Part shown: positions 63,516-64,000 of the stretch, in pieces
How positions within the stretch are numbered: position 1 is the first letter of the stretch
Layout: each line of letters starts with the position of its first letter
NCBI GenBank assembly: GCA_013239625.1
Contig: MU056050.1
Span: 1,040,084 to 1,104,083, forward strand
DNA from: Lama guanicoe
Lineage: Eukaryota
Reading direction: 5' to 3'
Length of the DNA stretch: 64,000 bases
The notes under the pieces: generated by a model
Told to the model about the DNA's origin: nothing
Seen by the model: only the letters and a program-made list of their open reading frames with translations
The model's database searches: none
Position numbers and translations under genes: made by a program

Positions 63516-64000
63516 AAAAAAAAAAAACAAAAAACAAAGAAACACAATATGAAAAGGTTTGGAGATGAGAGCAAGCACACGATCTTCAGGAACTGAAAAT
63601 TCAATCCTGGAGCCTAGAGCTTGAAGGTGGGAGTAGTAATTATAGGTAAGATGTAGGAGGGGAGCAGAAGCTAAACAACAAGGACTGAAAGCCATGTATT
63701 AGATGCAGTACTAATTGCAATTAGAAACCGTTGAGTGGTTTTAAGCAGGGAGGTGAGGTAGCCAGATATATGTTTTAAAAGTTCACTCTTAAAACTCTGT
63801 GCACCTAGCAGGGCAGAGTGGAGTGGAAGGACTAGAGGAGAGTTGCATGATTATTTAGGAAGGTGTTGCAGAATTCAGTGTGAGCGATAAATGGAGGCAT
63901 GAACTAGTGTTGTGGCGGTGAAGTTGGACGCAGGAGATTTTGGTGTCATAGTTCACTAGACTTGGCGATGCATTAGCTAAGGCACAGGGAAAGGCATCAG

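Larger units (their letters stand above)
60279..63535 (+). mobile_element. Young L1 with apparently complete 5' end, ORF2 almost entirely deleted, no 3' UTR; 16-bp TSD
   Basis: AAAAAAACACAATATG (60263-60278) vs AAAGAAACACAATATG (63536-63551); GC-rich 5' UTR, ORF1, inter-ORF, ORF2 C-terminus, A-rich tail. Confidence 0.92.
59950..64000 (-). mobile_element. L2 LINE split by the L1 insertion (59950-60278 and 63552-64000)
   Basis: tgccctcgtggagcttatag...ggaaggcttcttagaggg continues after the TSD as aaaaggtttggagatgagag...tcaggaactgaaa...gttttaagcagggaggtga. Confidence 0.8.

Noticed and set aside
1..64000. Identity of a host gene
   Set aside because: No exon recognised and no clear strand bias among L1s, so no gene name or direction can be supported.

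Overview
AT-rich mammalian genomic DNA with no protein-coding exon, RNA gene or CRISPR array that I can support. It is intron-like or intergenic sequence packed with ancient eutherian repeats (MIR, L2, L3/CR1, MaLR/ERVL LTRs, MER5/20/58/91, MADE2, old L1M). The young L1 3' ends look camelid-type, and I saw no Alu, B1, CHR/Bov-tA, PRE-1, SINEC or ERE SINEs, so the host is probably a camelid (inference). The most structured object is a three-layer nest at 60-63.6 kb. An old L2 is interrupted by a TSD-flanked L1 that has an apparently complete 5' UTR and ORF1 but lacks almost all of ORF2 and the 3' UTR. That L1 ORF1 is interrupted by a 684-bp antisense ERVK/betaretrovirus-like solo LTR with a perfect 6-bp TSD. 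A second TSD-flanked, internally deleted L1 of about 1 kb lies at 7.8-8.9 kb. Nearly all ORF-track ORFs are chance or repeat-derived. I found no convincing new biological system; the findings concern retroelement structure and a few unverified regulatory or splice candidates. Repeat family names come from my recollection of consensus sequences, not a database search, and boundaries of old repeats are approximate.
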